IMG/VR virus record: IMGVR_UViG_3300024999_000014
Location: 1 to 59,672 of that record
DNA length: 59,672 bases
DNA from: a virus
Strand: one strand, 5' to 3'
Positions 42,388 to 51,505 of this stretch are shown in pieces. The translations under genes were made by a program, and so were the position numbers. The notes under the pieces were generated by a model. The model was given only the letters and a program-made list of their open reading frames with translations, did not search any database and had not been told where the DNA came from. Within the stretch, counting starts at the first letter, position 1. Each line of letters begins with the position of its first letter.

Positions 42388-42600
42388 TAAAAAATATATA
42401 AATCGTAAAAATTTTGGAGGGGGTATAAAAGTAAAAATCTTTCCCAGCTAGTAGGGAAAAGGAAAGTAACCCCCCTAAGAAAAAAGATACTCTATATATT
42501 ATATATAAATATTATATTATTAATTATATTTAGTTATTATTATAGTTATATATGTATACAGTAATAGTATTTATACTATTAGGGTTAATTTTTAAAATTG
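42388..42600. repeat. hairpin plus AT-rich tract module B (inverted partner of 10690-10877)
   Basis: The reverse complement reads tcttttttcttaggggggtt...ataccccctccaaaattttt, preceded by about 110 bp of nearly pure AT. Confidence 0.8.
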
Positions 42601-42614
42601 CGGGGTGGTAAAAA

Positions 42615-42992
42615 CTGGTAGACGTACGCGGAACCGTACCAAAGGCAGCTATAAGGGAATGGCTGGAGAACTGGGAATCCGTGAAGGCTGGCGACAGGTT
42701 GCCCGACGCGCTGCCCGCGAACAGTGGGGCTAAGGCGTTCGACGGCATGACTGGCGGTAAGATAAATAAAATCATGCTGGATGATGCTATAGGAAAGCTG
42801 CCTAGGGATTTGCGGCGGGTAGTCTTCTTCCGGTGGACAGGCCCGAAGGTGAAACTTCGTAAGGCGTTGGGAATCCTGGGGTACGGGAAGTCGGAGTATT
42901 ACAGGCGCTGTGATATTGCCGTAGACAATATTTATAGGCGCGTGAACGGGTTGGCGCTTAACTATTCGGAGCTGTACGATAGTATTCATTGA
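42615..42992 (+). CDS. late-gene regulator candidate with sigma-70 region-4-like HTH (RinA/ArpU-like position)
   Basis: LPRDLRRVVFFRW...KALGILGYGKSEYYRRCDIAVDNIY. First gene of the late block. CTG 42615 lies 6 nt after SD ggggtgg; the alternative start is GTG 42681. Confidence 0.5.
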   Translation: MVDVRGTVPKAAIREWLENWESVKAGDRLPDALPANSGAKAFDGMTGGKINKIMLDDAIGKLPRDLRRVVFFRWTGPKVKLRKALGILGYGKSEYYRRCDIAVDNIYRRVNGLALNYSELYDSIH

Positions 42993-43018
42993 CATGTTTA
43001 GGGAACTTATGGTAAAAT
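42989..43018 (+). promoter_or_regulatory. strong sigma70-type promoter with extended -10
   Basis: TTGACA(42989-42994)-18 nt-TGgTAAAAT(43010-43018). Confidence 0.7.
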
Positions 43019-43062
43019 CACGGTAGACTAAGTTTTTGTGTACAAAAACGGAAAAAATTTCC

Positions 43063-43097
43063 GGGGCGGGCCTTTTACCAGGCTTCGCCCCTTTTTA
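43063..43097 (+). terminator. intrinsic terminator in the late-operon leader
   Basis: ggggcg...cgcccc stem with inner gcct/aggc pairs, followed by TTTTT. Lies about 45-75 nt downstream of the predicted TSS. Confidence 0.7.
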
Positions 43098-43157
43098 TGC
43101 GAAACAAAGATTATGAGGAAGGCATGAAGTATAGATTTACAGAAAGGGGGAAAGCTA

Positions 43158-43916
43158 ATGGCAGTAAGTTCTAAAGATATTCGGCCCACGCTGCCGGAAG
43201 ACTATAACCCTTACGATATGGAACTTAAAAAGTTATTTAATCCGAAAGCTGACGCCATGAACTTTATACGCGTGGGCCGTAAGAATCCTGGCTTAGTTTG
43301 TGGGGCCAAAGGGCGACAGAGTGGTAAACCCTGCGTACACCCGGCGGGCTTCGGTACGGAACACGTAGGCTGGGGACGCTGCAAATATCACGGCGGCAGT
43401 AGTACCGGGCCTAAGACGCCGGAAGGTAAGGCGAAGGTTAGCCAGAACACTAGGCTACACGGCCTTTACGCTAACGTTCTAAGCCCCGCCGAACGGGAGA
43501 TATTCGAAAGCCTTAACAGCGGCGAACGAAAAGTAGCCGACTTAGAGCTGGAAATAGCCATACTTAAGGCTAAGATACTAAATTACCTGGCTGGCTGGCG
43601 AACTAAGTACGAAGAAGTCCTGACCGCTAAAGGAGAAGCCGAAGCGGAAAAGGCTACTAAGGTTTACTTTAACTTCGGGGAATATGGCGCCCGCAGCTAT
43701 TACCATGCCGGGACTATTGAGGATAACGCCCTAGACCGGGCGCTTAACACACTGGCCCGCATGGTAGAGAAGCACGACAGACTTAACGGGGGCGGCGGTA
43801 CTGATATTATCGACAAGATTAACCAGGAGCTACGGGCCGCGTCGTTTGGTAAGGTATCCGTAGCCTGGGGTACTAGACAAGCACAAGCCAGGAAGGAAGG
43901 CGGTAACGATGGTTAG
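43158..43916 (+). CDS. HGGxSTG-motif protein, small terminase candidate
   Basis: CKYHGGSSTGPKTPEGKAKVSQNTRLHGLYA followed by a coiled coil. Lies directly upstream of the large terminase. Confidence 0.5.
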   Translation: MAVSSKDIRPTLPEDYNPYDMELKKLFNPKADAMNFIRVGRKNPGLVCGAKGRQSGKPCVHPAGFGTEHVGWGRCKYHGGSSTGPKTPEGKAKVSQNTRLHGLYANVLSPAEREIFESLNSGERKVADLELEIAILKAKILNYLAGWRTKYEEVLTAKGEAEAEKATKVYFNFGEYGARSYYHAGTIEDNALDRALNTLARMVEKHDRLNGGGGTDIIDKINQELRAASFGKVSVAWGTRQAQARKEGGNDG

Positions 43917-44082
43917 ACCAGAAGATAACTGCCGGGGCTGCGCGTGTGCTGGCTGCCAGAAGTCGAGTAAATACGGCGTATTGTGTACCTGTAGACGCTG
44001 CGAAACGTGTAACCTGGTACGCCTGGCTTACTGTCAAGAATCTTTAAGCGTACCGGAGGGGGAAGCGTTCGTATGGCGGTAG
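43909..44082 (+). CDS. Cys-rich 57-aa protein overlapping both terminase genes
   Basis: Eleven Cys (CRGCACAGC...CTCRRCETC). Overlaps 43158..43916 by 8 nt and 44073..45761 by 10 nt. Confidence 0.35.
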   Translation: MVRPEDNCRGCACAGCQKSSKYGVLCTCRRCETCNLVRLAYCQESLSVPEGEAFVWR

Positions 44083-45761
44083 ACGGAACCAGCGCCCTTA
44101 AATACGAATTCGACTACCTGGAGGATACAGACCCGGTAAGCGGGGCGCCTATCATTACAGCGGTACCAAAGACAGTAAGGGCCGCGCAGCAGGGCGTACC
44201 GTACAACGTAATAGACGACTTCGAAGCGCTATTTAAGCCGGAAAACATACGGGAAGCCTGGCGTTTAATGCGGCGTAATGACCCCTTCGACTATCAAATA
44301 GAGGTAGCAGACGCCGTACTTTACAGCTGCTTAAATAAGCTGGGCTGGTATTTCGTAATTATGATTTCGCGGCAGGCTGGTAAGAATGAGATAAGCGCCT
44401 TTATCCAGCAGTACCTTTTACTTTATGGCTGGTATTTCGGGGTACCTGTATCGGGCCTTAAATTCGCCCCAGTGCATAAGCCGCAGGTACAAGCCAGTAT
44501 GGATAGGCTAGAAGGGGCAGACACGCCGGATAGTGGTGGCCTGGCTGGTAGCGTGCTTACTAAAGGTCTATTCAAGAAGTCGGACGGCTATAAGTACCAT
44601 ATGGGAACGCCCCGTGATACGAATAAATGGGCGTTCTTGTCGATTAACCCGACGGCTAACGTAGCCAGCCAGACGGCCTTTACCCTGCTGGAGGGTGACG
44701 AAGCCCAGGACATTGATACGGACAAATGGGAACGGGACGCGCAGCCTATGACGGCTTTCGCGAATGCTACTACCGCCTTTTACGGCGTAGCCTGGACGAA
44801 GGAAAGCCATATTTACCAGGCCCTACAGCAGGCGTACGAAATGGAAGGGCGCCTGGGCAAGGAACTAGGCTACAGGCCTAAGCTAGTCTTTAAGATTGAC
44901 GCCTACCGGGTAATTGCTTCCGGGAACGATAACTACCGGAAGGCCTTCGAAATGCAGGTAGCGCGGCTGGGTATAAACCATATCGCTATCCAGACCCAGT
45001 ACCTGCTTAACTTCGTAGACAGTAAGGGCCGTTTCTTCGATGCGGAGCAAATAGCCCGAATTTATGCTAACACCTTCCGGGCCAGGTTAGGGCCGGAGCT
45101 GAATAAGATTTACGTGTTTTCTGTAGACGTAGCCGGGCAGGAAGAACACCCTACCACGGTGGACGACGTAGACATAGGGGTACATAAGCGCGACGCTACT
45201 AACCTGGGCATAGCGGAACTACTGCTAGACGGGACGGTAGTACCCGTTTGTCTGTACCAGTGGGTAGGGAAAGCGCATAGCCAGCAGCGCGAACAGATAC
45301 TAGCAATTATTAAACACTGGGGCTGTATCGGCGGCGTATCCGACGCTACGGGCATAGGCGAACCGCTGGCCTACTACCTAATTGAAAAGCTGCCGAACCT
45401 GGAAATAGAAGCCTACAAGTTTAAAGCCCAGGGCGACGAAAATAAGAGTAAGCTGGGCTACCTGGCTTACAACTACGTAGCCGCTGATAAGTTTAAAGTA
45501 CCACGGCGACCGGAAGGCGACCCGCAGCAGGCCGAACTATGGGAGGAAATGCGCTGGCAGCTGGAAAACCTGCTACGGATAGCTAAACGGCAGCAAAGTA
45601 TTAACTGGTACGTACCCGGTACGGCTAAACCGCGTAAAGTGGGGCACGTACCGCATGACGACCTAGCTACGGTAGCCTTCCTGCTAATCCGGGCGGCCTA
45701 CTTTATCAAGAACCCAGGCGCCAGGAGAGCTAGCGCCTTCGACCGAAGCAGCGTAATGTAA
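44073..45761 (+). CDS. terminase large subunit
   Basis: 562 aa. MISRQAGKNE (Walker A-like), LLEGDEAQD (Walker B). Lies upstream of the portal. Confidence 0.8.
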   Translation: MAVDGTSALKYEFDYLEDTDPVSGAPIITAVPKTVRAAQQGVPYNVIDDFEALFKPENIREAWRLMRRNDPFDYQIEVADAVLYSCLNKLGWYFVIMISRQAGKNEISAFIQQYLLLYGWYFGVPVSGLKFAPVHKPQVQASMDRLEGADTPDSGGLAGSVLTKGLFKKSDGYKYHMGTPRDTNKWAFLSINPTANVASQTAFTLLEGDEAQDIDTDKWERDAQPMTAFANATTAFYGVAWTKESHIYQALQQAYEMEGRLGKELGYRPKLVFKIDAYRVIASGNDNYRKAFEMQVARLGINHIAIQTQYLLNFVDSKGRFFDAEQIARIYANTFRARLGPELNKIYVFSVDVAGQEEHPTTVDDVDIGVHKRDATNLGIAELLLDGTVVPVCLYQWVGKAHSQQREQILAIIKHWGCIGGVSDATGIGEPLAYYLIEKLPNLEIEAYKFKAQGDENKSKLGYLAYNYVAADKFKVPRRPEGDPQQAELWEEMRWQLENLLRIAKRQQSINWYVPGTAKPRKVGHVPHDDLATVAFLLIRAAYFIKNPGARRASAFDRSSVM

Positions 45762-45807
45762 GCTTACCCAGGCGTTTAGAAATTTATACGAAAGGGGGCC
45801 GGATAAA

Positions 45808-47370
45808 TTGGCCGTAACGAATATCGTACCGGAATCACTAGCGCAGGCCGTAGGCCCGGTAAACGCCGCTACCTGGGGCGCTACTAATGGCAAGTGGCTA
45901 AAAGACATACTGGATAAACACGGAAGCTGGCTGGAAGAAGCCAAGGTAGTAGCCTTCCAGCAGGCTTACGACGGGTATCTGGAGAGTATCGACTTGCGGG
46001 ATAAGGCTAGGGGCGACGATACAAATCATAAGTTACAGGTAAACTACGCGCAGCTAGTCATAGATACCGTCGTAGACTACTTAACGGGTAAGCCGATCAT
46101 ATGGACGGTAGAAGACCAGGAAAAGCTAGCCGATAAAGCGGTACTAGACGCGTACCGTAAAGACATCCTTAAGCTGCTTAGGGGAGAAGAAGCCCAGCGT
46201 ATACTGTCAGAACAGCTTAGGCAGGGTAGTATAGGCGGTTACAGCCCGGTAATATCCTGGGTGGATGAAAAGGGGAAGATTGACTACGACGAATTCCCCA
46301 TACAGGAAGTTATACCAGTCTACGACGACAGGAAGCGTCTACAGCTGGTATTACGAAAGTACATGATTGACGTAGTAAACAGTGGCGGGGAACTGGAGCA
46401 GCGCGAACGGGTAGAGGTTTACGACGAACGATACGTAACCTTTTATCTGGCCGACGAATCCGGGGAAAACTACGAGCTAGACGAAAGCGAAGTATCTACA
46501 GGTAACCCGATAGAGCATAGGGCGGGGCGTATTCCGGTAGCTATCTTTACGAATGGCACGGCAGCGACCTACGAAACACGGCTTAAGCTTAACGGAACTA
46601 GCGACCTGGGTAACGGTATCTTATCCCTGCTGGAGAACTACGCCGCCGTAATGTCTGATAAAGCGAATACGGTAGATTACCTGCTAGATCAGTTTTTATT
46701 GCTTTCTGGCGTCGATACAGACGAAGGCGAAGTAATAAAAATGAGGAAAGCGCGGGCCATAGTGCTAAAGGCTAAGGAATCTACTGCCGAATTCATAGCA
46801 CAGACCCAGGACGACGCCAGCGTAGAACATCATTTAGACCGGGTACGGGATACAATTCACGACATGGGCCAAATCCCAAAGCTGGGGGATTTAAGCGGCG
46901 CTACAGCTACCGAAATTAAGGTAAAATATTCGGCGCTAGATATTCGGGCCGGGAAAAAGGAACTGTATTTTACTAACGCTATCCGGCAACATATCGCCGT
47001 ACTAACGGACATGCTTAACGCTAAGCGGCTAATGGAAGCCGGGGTAGAAGACACGTACGCCGTACTAACCGGGGAAGTAGTGCCGCCGAAATCAGTAGTG
47101 CTTTATAATCCCGAATGGGTAGCGTACACGATTAACCGGAATCTACCGCAGAACTACCTGGAAATAGCCCAAATAGTAAGCCAGCTAGCCGGAAAAGTAC
47201 CGGACGTTTACCTTTACGAATTACTATGGTTTATTGACGACCCGGTAACAGCGTTGGCCGAAATGAAGAAGCAGAACGCGGATATGGCGGTAGCTAATGC
47301 GGCGGCTGCTGCAGCTTCCTTGGGATTTGGTGGGGAATTCGGCAATACAGGCGCTGGAAGCGGCGCATAA
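45808..47370 (+). CDS. portal protein (SPP1 gp6-like)
   Basis: 520 aa. VVDYLTGKPI motif and position. Confidence 0.8.
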   Translation: MAVTNIVPESLAQAVGPVNAATWGATNGKWLKDILDKHGSWLEEAKVVAFQQAYDGYLESIDLRDKARGDDTNHKLQVNYAQLVIDTVVDYLTGKPIIWTVEDQEKLADKAVLDAYRKDILKLLRGEEAQRILSEQLRQGSIGGYSPVISWVDEKGKIDYDEFPIQEVIPVYDDRKRLQLVLRKYMIDVVNSGGELEQRERVEVYDERYVTFYLADESGENYELDESEVSTGNPIEHRAGRIPVAIFTNGTAATYETRLKLNGTSDLGNGILSLLENYAAVMSDKANTVDYLLDQFLLLSGVDTDEGEVIKMRKARAIVLKAKESTAEFIAQTQDDASVEHHLDRVRDTIHDMGQIPKLGDLSGATATEIKVKYSALDIRAGKKELYFTNAIRQHIAVLTDMLNAKRLMEAGVEDTYAVLTGEVVPPKSVVLYNPEWVAYTINRNLPQNYLEIAQIVSQLAGKVPDVYLYELLWFIDDPVTALAEMKKQNADMAVANAAAAAASLGFGGEFGNTGAGSGA

Positions 47371-47382
47371 GGGGGCTAGTTT

Positions 47383-49416
47383 ATGGCTAAGTTTACGCCG
47401 GGATCTGACCCGGAGCTAGACGCAGCAGTAGCCGCCCGCATGCAGAAAGACCTGGAAGGATATACGGAGCGTTACCGGGCAATACTGGACGCCAGGCACG
47501 TAAAATACGCTAAGGAGCTGGCCCCGGTATGGCAGCGGGCCGAAAAGCGACTGGCCGCCCAAATAAAAGACCTCTTTAGGCTGTATTCCGACGGACAGGG
47601 CAAGCTAAGCGAAGACAAACTTAAGACCATGCAGTACGGAATAAGCCGTCTGGAGCAATTAAAAGGCGAAATATCCCGCGTACTGGGCGGTATTGTAGAC
47701 CCGTTAAACACTAAGCTAGGTAATAACCTGGCGTACCAGTACACGAACAGCTACTACTACCAGGCCTTCGCCTTAGAGCAGGCCCTAGAAATACAGACTA
47801 TCGTACCTTTGGTTACAGAAAACCAGGTACTGGGCGTCTTAGCAAATCCCTGGCTACCGGACGGCGCCACCTACAGCGAACGGATACGAAGCAGTACGAC
47901 GTACTTAGCTTCGAAAATGTACCAAGCAGTAGGTAAGGCAGCTGTAGAAGGCTGGGGCTGGAACCAAACGGCCCGAACGATACAGGCTACGGCCCAGGAA
48001 GGGTACTACAATTCGGTAAGGCTGGCCCGTACCGAATTAAACAGGGCAGCAGCCCAGGGCGCTAATAACCTTTACATGCAGAACGCCGATGTACTAGATG
48101 GTAAACGCTGGAACGCTACGCTAGACAGTCGCACAGCCGCCAAAGATGCGAAGAACGACGGCAAGATATACCCGCTAGATTACGATACGCCGGAAAACCC
48201 GGCCAGGGCTGGCGAACGTATCCCGAATCACCCTAATTGTCGCTGCAGCTGGACGCCGTATGTTAACTACCTGGGCGTAAGTACCAGGGAGCGCATAGCA
48301 CGGGGCGCCGGAGATAGTACGGAGAAGTTCGGAGAACGGATTTACACGAAAGCCCGTACTTATGAGGAATACGCGAAGGAACGCGGCCTACCGGACTTAA
48401 ACGAGCGACTAGCTAACGAAAACCCTAAGAGATACCTAAGACCGGGCGAAGACCTTAGTGCGTTCGGGGCTGCGGTAGGTGTGTTACCCGGAGTACTGGC
48501 AGCGCGGGCAGCCGCCATAGCCAAATTATACGAACCAGCTATAGAAAAAACCTGGGTAGACAATTTTAAAGAGAGCATACCGATAGGCGGGCCTAGTACG
48601 GAAGCCGAAGTACGAGCGTTAGGCGCCCAGGTACGGGAGCAATTAGAAAAAGAAGCAGCGGAAAAGCTACTAGCCCTGGAAAAAGAAATAGCCGAGCTGG
48701 GAAAACGCCGTGAAGAACTGGCAGACGAAATGTTCGAGCTGGTGAAAGACGATAAGCCATACGAGCATATAAGCAAACTACGGAACGCCGTAGACGAAAA
48801 ATATATAGCCGCCCTTAACGCTAGAGATAACGGAGATAGTAGGCGGGAATTAGTACGTAACGTGCTTAAGCAGCTACGACCGATAGGTACTAACGGCGGT
48901 AAGATTGTGCAACCTTGGGTGAAAGGAAGCCGTAAAGAAGTAAAAGCAATCCTAGAAGAAGTACGGGAGTATTTACCCACGGCCTGGCTGGAGAAATCCG
49001 GCACCAGTGAAATACTAACTAAGAACAGTAAACGCGGGTACTACTTGGGGGCGTGGGGTAAGGATACAGCCATAATAAGCCTAAGCGGGCAGGGTGCCAG
49101 TAGCCTACGTAGGGTAGCCTTCCACGAATTTGGTCATAGGTTCGAGGACGTAGTACCGGGTATCTTTAAGCTAGAACGGGAATTCTACCGACGACGTACA
49201 GCTGGGGAGTCCTTACAATGGCTGGGGCCTGGGTACAAGACTTCGGAAACTTCGCGCTTTGACGAATTTCTTAGTAAGTACATGGGCAAAGAGTACCGCG
49301 ACGACTACCACGAACTACTAAGTATGGGCTTAGAAAGCCTTTATACTGGCAGCTACGACCTGGCAAAAGACCAGGACTTTTACGACTTTATACTAGGGCT
49401 GGTGAGTGCGATATGA
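47383..49416 (+). CDS. MuF/SPP1-gp7-family head morphogenesis protein with about 390-aa C-terminal extension carrying HExxH
   Basis: NHPNCRCSW (MuF hallmark) near aa 285. Coiled coil at aa 400-470. HEFGH at 49123-49137. Confidence 0.75.
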   Translation: MAKFTPGSDPELDAAVAARMQKDLEGYTERYRAILDARHVKYAKELAPVWQRAEKRLAAQIKDLFRLYSDGQGKLSEDKLKTMQYGISRLEQLKGEISRVLGGIVDPLNTKLGNNLAYQYTNSYYYQAFALEQALEIQTIVPLVTENQVLGVLANPWLPDGATYSERIRSSTTYLASKMYQAVGKAAVEGWGWNQTARTIQATAQEGYYNSVRLARTELNRAAAQGANNLYMQNADVLDGKRWNATLDSRTAAKDAKNDGKIYPLDYDTPENPARAGERIPNHPNCRCSWTPYVNYLGVSTRERIARGAGDSTEKFGERIYTKARTYEEYAKERGLPDLNERLANENPKRYLRPGEDLSAFGAAVGVLPGVLAARAAAIAKLYEPAIEKTWVDNFKESIPIGGPSTEAEVRALGAQVREQLEKEAAEKLLALEKEIAELGKRREELADEMFELVKDDKPYEHISKLRNAVDEKYIAALNARDNGDSRRELVRNVLKQLRPIGTNGGKIVQPWVKGSRKEVKAILEEVREYLPTAWLEKSGTSEILTKNSKRGYYLGAWGKDTAIISLSGQGASSLRRVAFHEFGHRFEDVVPGIFKLEREFYRRRTAGESLQWLGPGYKTSETSRFDEFLSKYMGKEYRDDYHELLSMGLESLYTGSYDLAKDQDFYDFILGLVSAI

Positions 49417-49709
49417 TGTACAGCGTAACCGGAAAGATAGGAAAATATACGGTAAGCGTGACCTACAGTAAACTTCCGCTGCTTAAGCATAAGCTTACGG
49501 GTAACCCAGTAGCCGTAGAACTTATCGAAAGCGAAGCCCGCGTACTAAAAGGACAGCCTGTAGGCCCTATCGGTACGTACTTCGATAAGGATTACCTAGA
49601 AGAACCCCTGGCGGCCCTCTTCGTAATGCTGGAGGTATTCGACGAAGTGCTAGAAATATCTGGCGACATACCCGAAGCAGACGACGTACCAGACGGGGCG
49701 ATATGCTAA
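49413..49709 (+). CDS. small acidic protein coupled to the MuF-family gene (immunity-like position)
   Basis: 98 aa, ATGA overlap. Confidence 0.5.
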   Translation: MMYSVTGKIGKYTVSVTYSKLPLLKHKLTGNPVAVELIESEARVLKGQPVGPIGTYFDKDYLEEPLAALFVMLEVFDEVLEISGDIPEADDVPDGAIC

Positions 49710-49725
49710 AGAAAGGGGAAACGAC

Positions 49726-50592
49726 ATGTTACCTATAGCGTGTTTAGACGCGGGCCACGGAGGGCGTGACCCTGGAGCCTGCGGAAATGGCCTACAGGAA
49801 AAAACCATTACCTTAGATGTAGTATTAAGAATCGAATCCTTGATACTACAGCGCGGGGGTATTACGCCAGTTTTAACGCGGCGTACAGACATAGACCTAT
49901 TGCCGGGGCGTAACTTCGTACCTACCGAAGACATCAGAGCTAGAGGCGCCATTTCTAACGCGGCTAAAGCTAATTTATTAGTATCTGTACATGTAAATTC
50001 GTCGGACGTAAACCTATCGGCTAATTGGTTAAGCGCTCACATATGGGCGAAAGGCGGTAATGCTGAAAAGGCGGCTAGTAAGATACTACCGAAGTTGGAA
50101 GCTGTGTCTGGCTGGCCTAGTCATGGCATAGAAACCGCTAAGTTTATGATTTTACGGGGCGCGGGTGGCGTTCCAGGTTGGCCCAGCGTAACCGATGCCC
50201 CAGCCGTGTTATTCGAAAATGGGTTTATAAGTAATCAGGCTAATGCCGCCCTTTTGGGGAGTCCCACGTTTAGGCAAGCATTGGCCGAAGCATATGCTAA
50301 CGGTATCTATGAACATTTGGGGGTAGCGTACAAAAAGGAGGCAGAATTTATGCCCGAAGTAGTGGTAGTTTATTTCACACCCGCTGACTATTCTGAAGCG
50401 TTGATAGTGGCTAATGAATACGGGGGCTGCGCTATGTTTTGCCGGAATGGTGGAACCGGGGTACATGCTGACGCTAAGAAATCTAAAAAGATTATCAATA
50501 TTGGCGGGCCAGAATTAAAGTTACCTGGTGAAGTATGGCTTTCTGGTGACCGAGCTAAGGACACGCTTAAGAAAGTGGCCGCTATTCTTTAG
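49726..50592 (+). CDS. N-acetylmuramoyl-L-alanine amidase (Amidase_3) with C-terminal CWB2-like domain
   Basis: LDAGHGGRDPGA, LLVSVHVNS. C-terminal VVVYFTPADYSEALIVAN...IINIGGP resembles cell-wall-binding repeat 2. Confidence 0.8.
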   Translation: MLPIACLDAGHGGRDPGACGNGLQEKTITLDVVLRIESLILQRGGITPVLTRRTDIDLLPGRNFVPTEDIRARGAISNAAKANLLVSVHVNSSDVNLSANWLSAHIWAKGGNAEKAASKILPKLEAVSGWPSHGIETAKFMILRGAGGVPGWPSVTDAPAVLFENGFISNQANAALLGSPTFRQALAEAYANGIYEHLGVAYKKEAEFMPEVVVVYFTPADYSEALIVANEYGGCAMFCRNGGTGVHADAKKSKKIINIGGPELKLPGEVWLSGDRAKDTLKKVAAIL

Positions 50593-50648
50593 TTAAGTAA
50601 CCCCAGGAAGGAACGGGGGCCGGACTGGGTACTTATAAACGAGCGTTT

Positions 50649-50674
50649 AAGGGCTATCGTAGAAGCCCTTTTTA
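50649..50674 (+). terminator. intrinsic terminator
   Basis: aagggct / agccctt stem followed by TTTT. Confidence 0.6.
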
Positions 50675-50743
50675 CGTTTAGCGGGTAACGTAAACCCGTA
50701 ATTATGTTTTCCGGTATCAAACAACCGGGAAAGGGGTTAGGAC

Positions 50744-51481
50744 ATGACCATAAAGCAACTACAAGCACAGTACAAGGCTGGAAAACTCACGAAGGAAGCC
50801 TACCTAGCGGCGTTACAGGAACTACTGGATAGTAAAACGATTACCCAGGAAGACTTAGACGGGGCTAAGGACTTCGACCCGACAAAGGACGGCGCCGCAA
50901 TCTACACACAGGAAGACGTAGACGGTATGGTAACACGTAAGGCCCTGGGATTAGTTCGTAAAGCCCTTAAAGACGCTGGGGTAACCGTAGACGTCGATAA
51001 TAAGGGGCTGCTGCCAAAGGTAGCGGAACTAGCAAAGGCTGGAACCGACCAGAAGCCGCCTACAGCTACCGAACAGGAGATAATCGAACTGCGTAAAACA
51101 GCCGCGAAGTACGAAGCAGTAGCTGGAGATACCAAACGCCTAACGCTGGAAAACGCGGTACTTCGTGTAGCGGGCAAGTTTAACCCGCATAACCCAGCCC
51201 AGGTAGTACGAGCGCTTAAGGAAGACTACGGCGCCCAGGTAGAATACGACGACCTAACCGGGGAACTTATACCGGGCAGCGTCGAAAAAGCCATAGGGCG
51301 GCTAGTCAAAGCGGAACCTAACCTGTTTCAAGACCCAGCAGGTGCCGGGGCAGGCGCTGCTGGCGGTGGCTTTGGAGGTAAACCGCCTGGTGGTGGTACT
51401 CCTCCAGCTGGTGGAACTACCGATCTGGAGAAGAAGAAAGCCGAAGCCCTAGCACTTATGGGGTATGCCCCTAAAAAGTAA
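50744..51481 (+). CDS. scaffolding protein
   Basis: 245 aa, helical, Gly/Pro-rich tail, upstream of the capsid genes. Confidence 0.55.
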   Translation: MTIKQLQAQYKAGKLTKEAYLAALQELLDSKTITQEDLDGAKDFDPTKDGAAIYTQEDVDGMVTRKALGLVRKALKDAGVTVDVDNKGLLPKVAELAKAGTDQKPPTATEQEIIELRKTAAKYEAVAGDTKRLTLENAVLRVAGKFNPHNPAQVVRALKEDYGAQVEYDDLTGELIPGSVEKAIGRLVKAEPNLFQDPAGAGAGAAGGGFGGKPPGGGTPPAGGTTDLEKKKAEALALMGYAPKK

Positions 51482-51505
51482 AATTAAAACGGGAGGTAAC
51501 AAAAA

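Noticed and set aside
43097-43174. A 25-aa ORF (MRNKDYEEGMKYRF...) between the leader terminator and the small-terminase candidate.
   Set aside because: It has no SD, and its ATG sits in the terminator T-run. It overlaps the SD and start of 43158.
48360-49004. Long minus-strand ORFs opposite real genes: 48360-49004, 9264-9743, 10071-10592, 15309-15767, 30920-31381, 33497-33880 and 25164-25517.
   Set aside because: These are shadow ORFs. They have Ser/Arg/Ala/Pro-rich low-complexity translations and no SD sequences, and each is fully contained in a + strand gene with clear family motifs.
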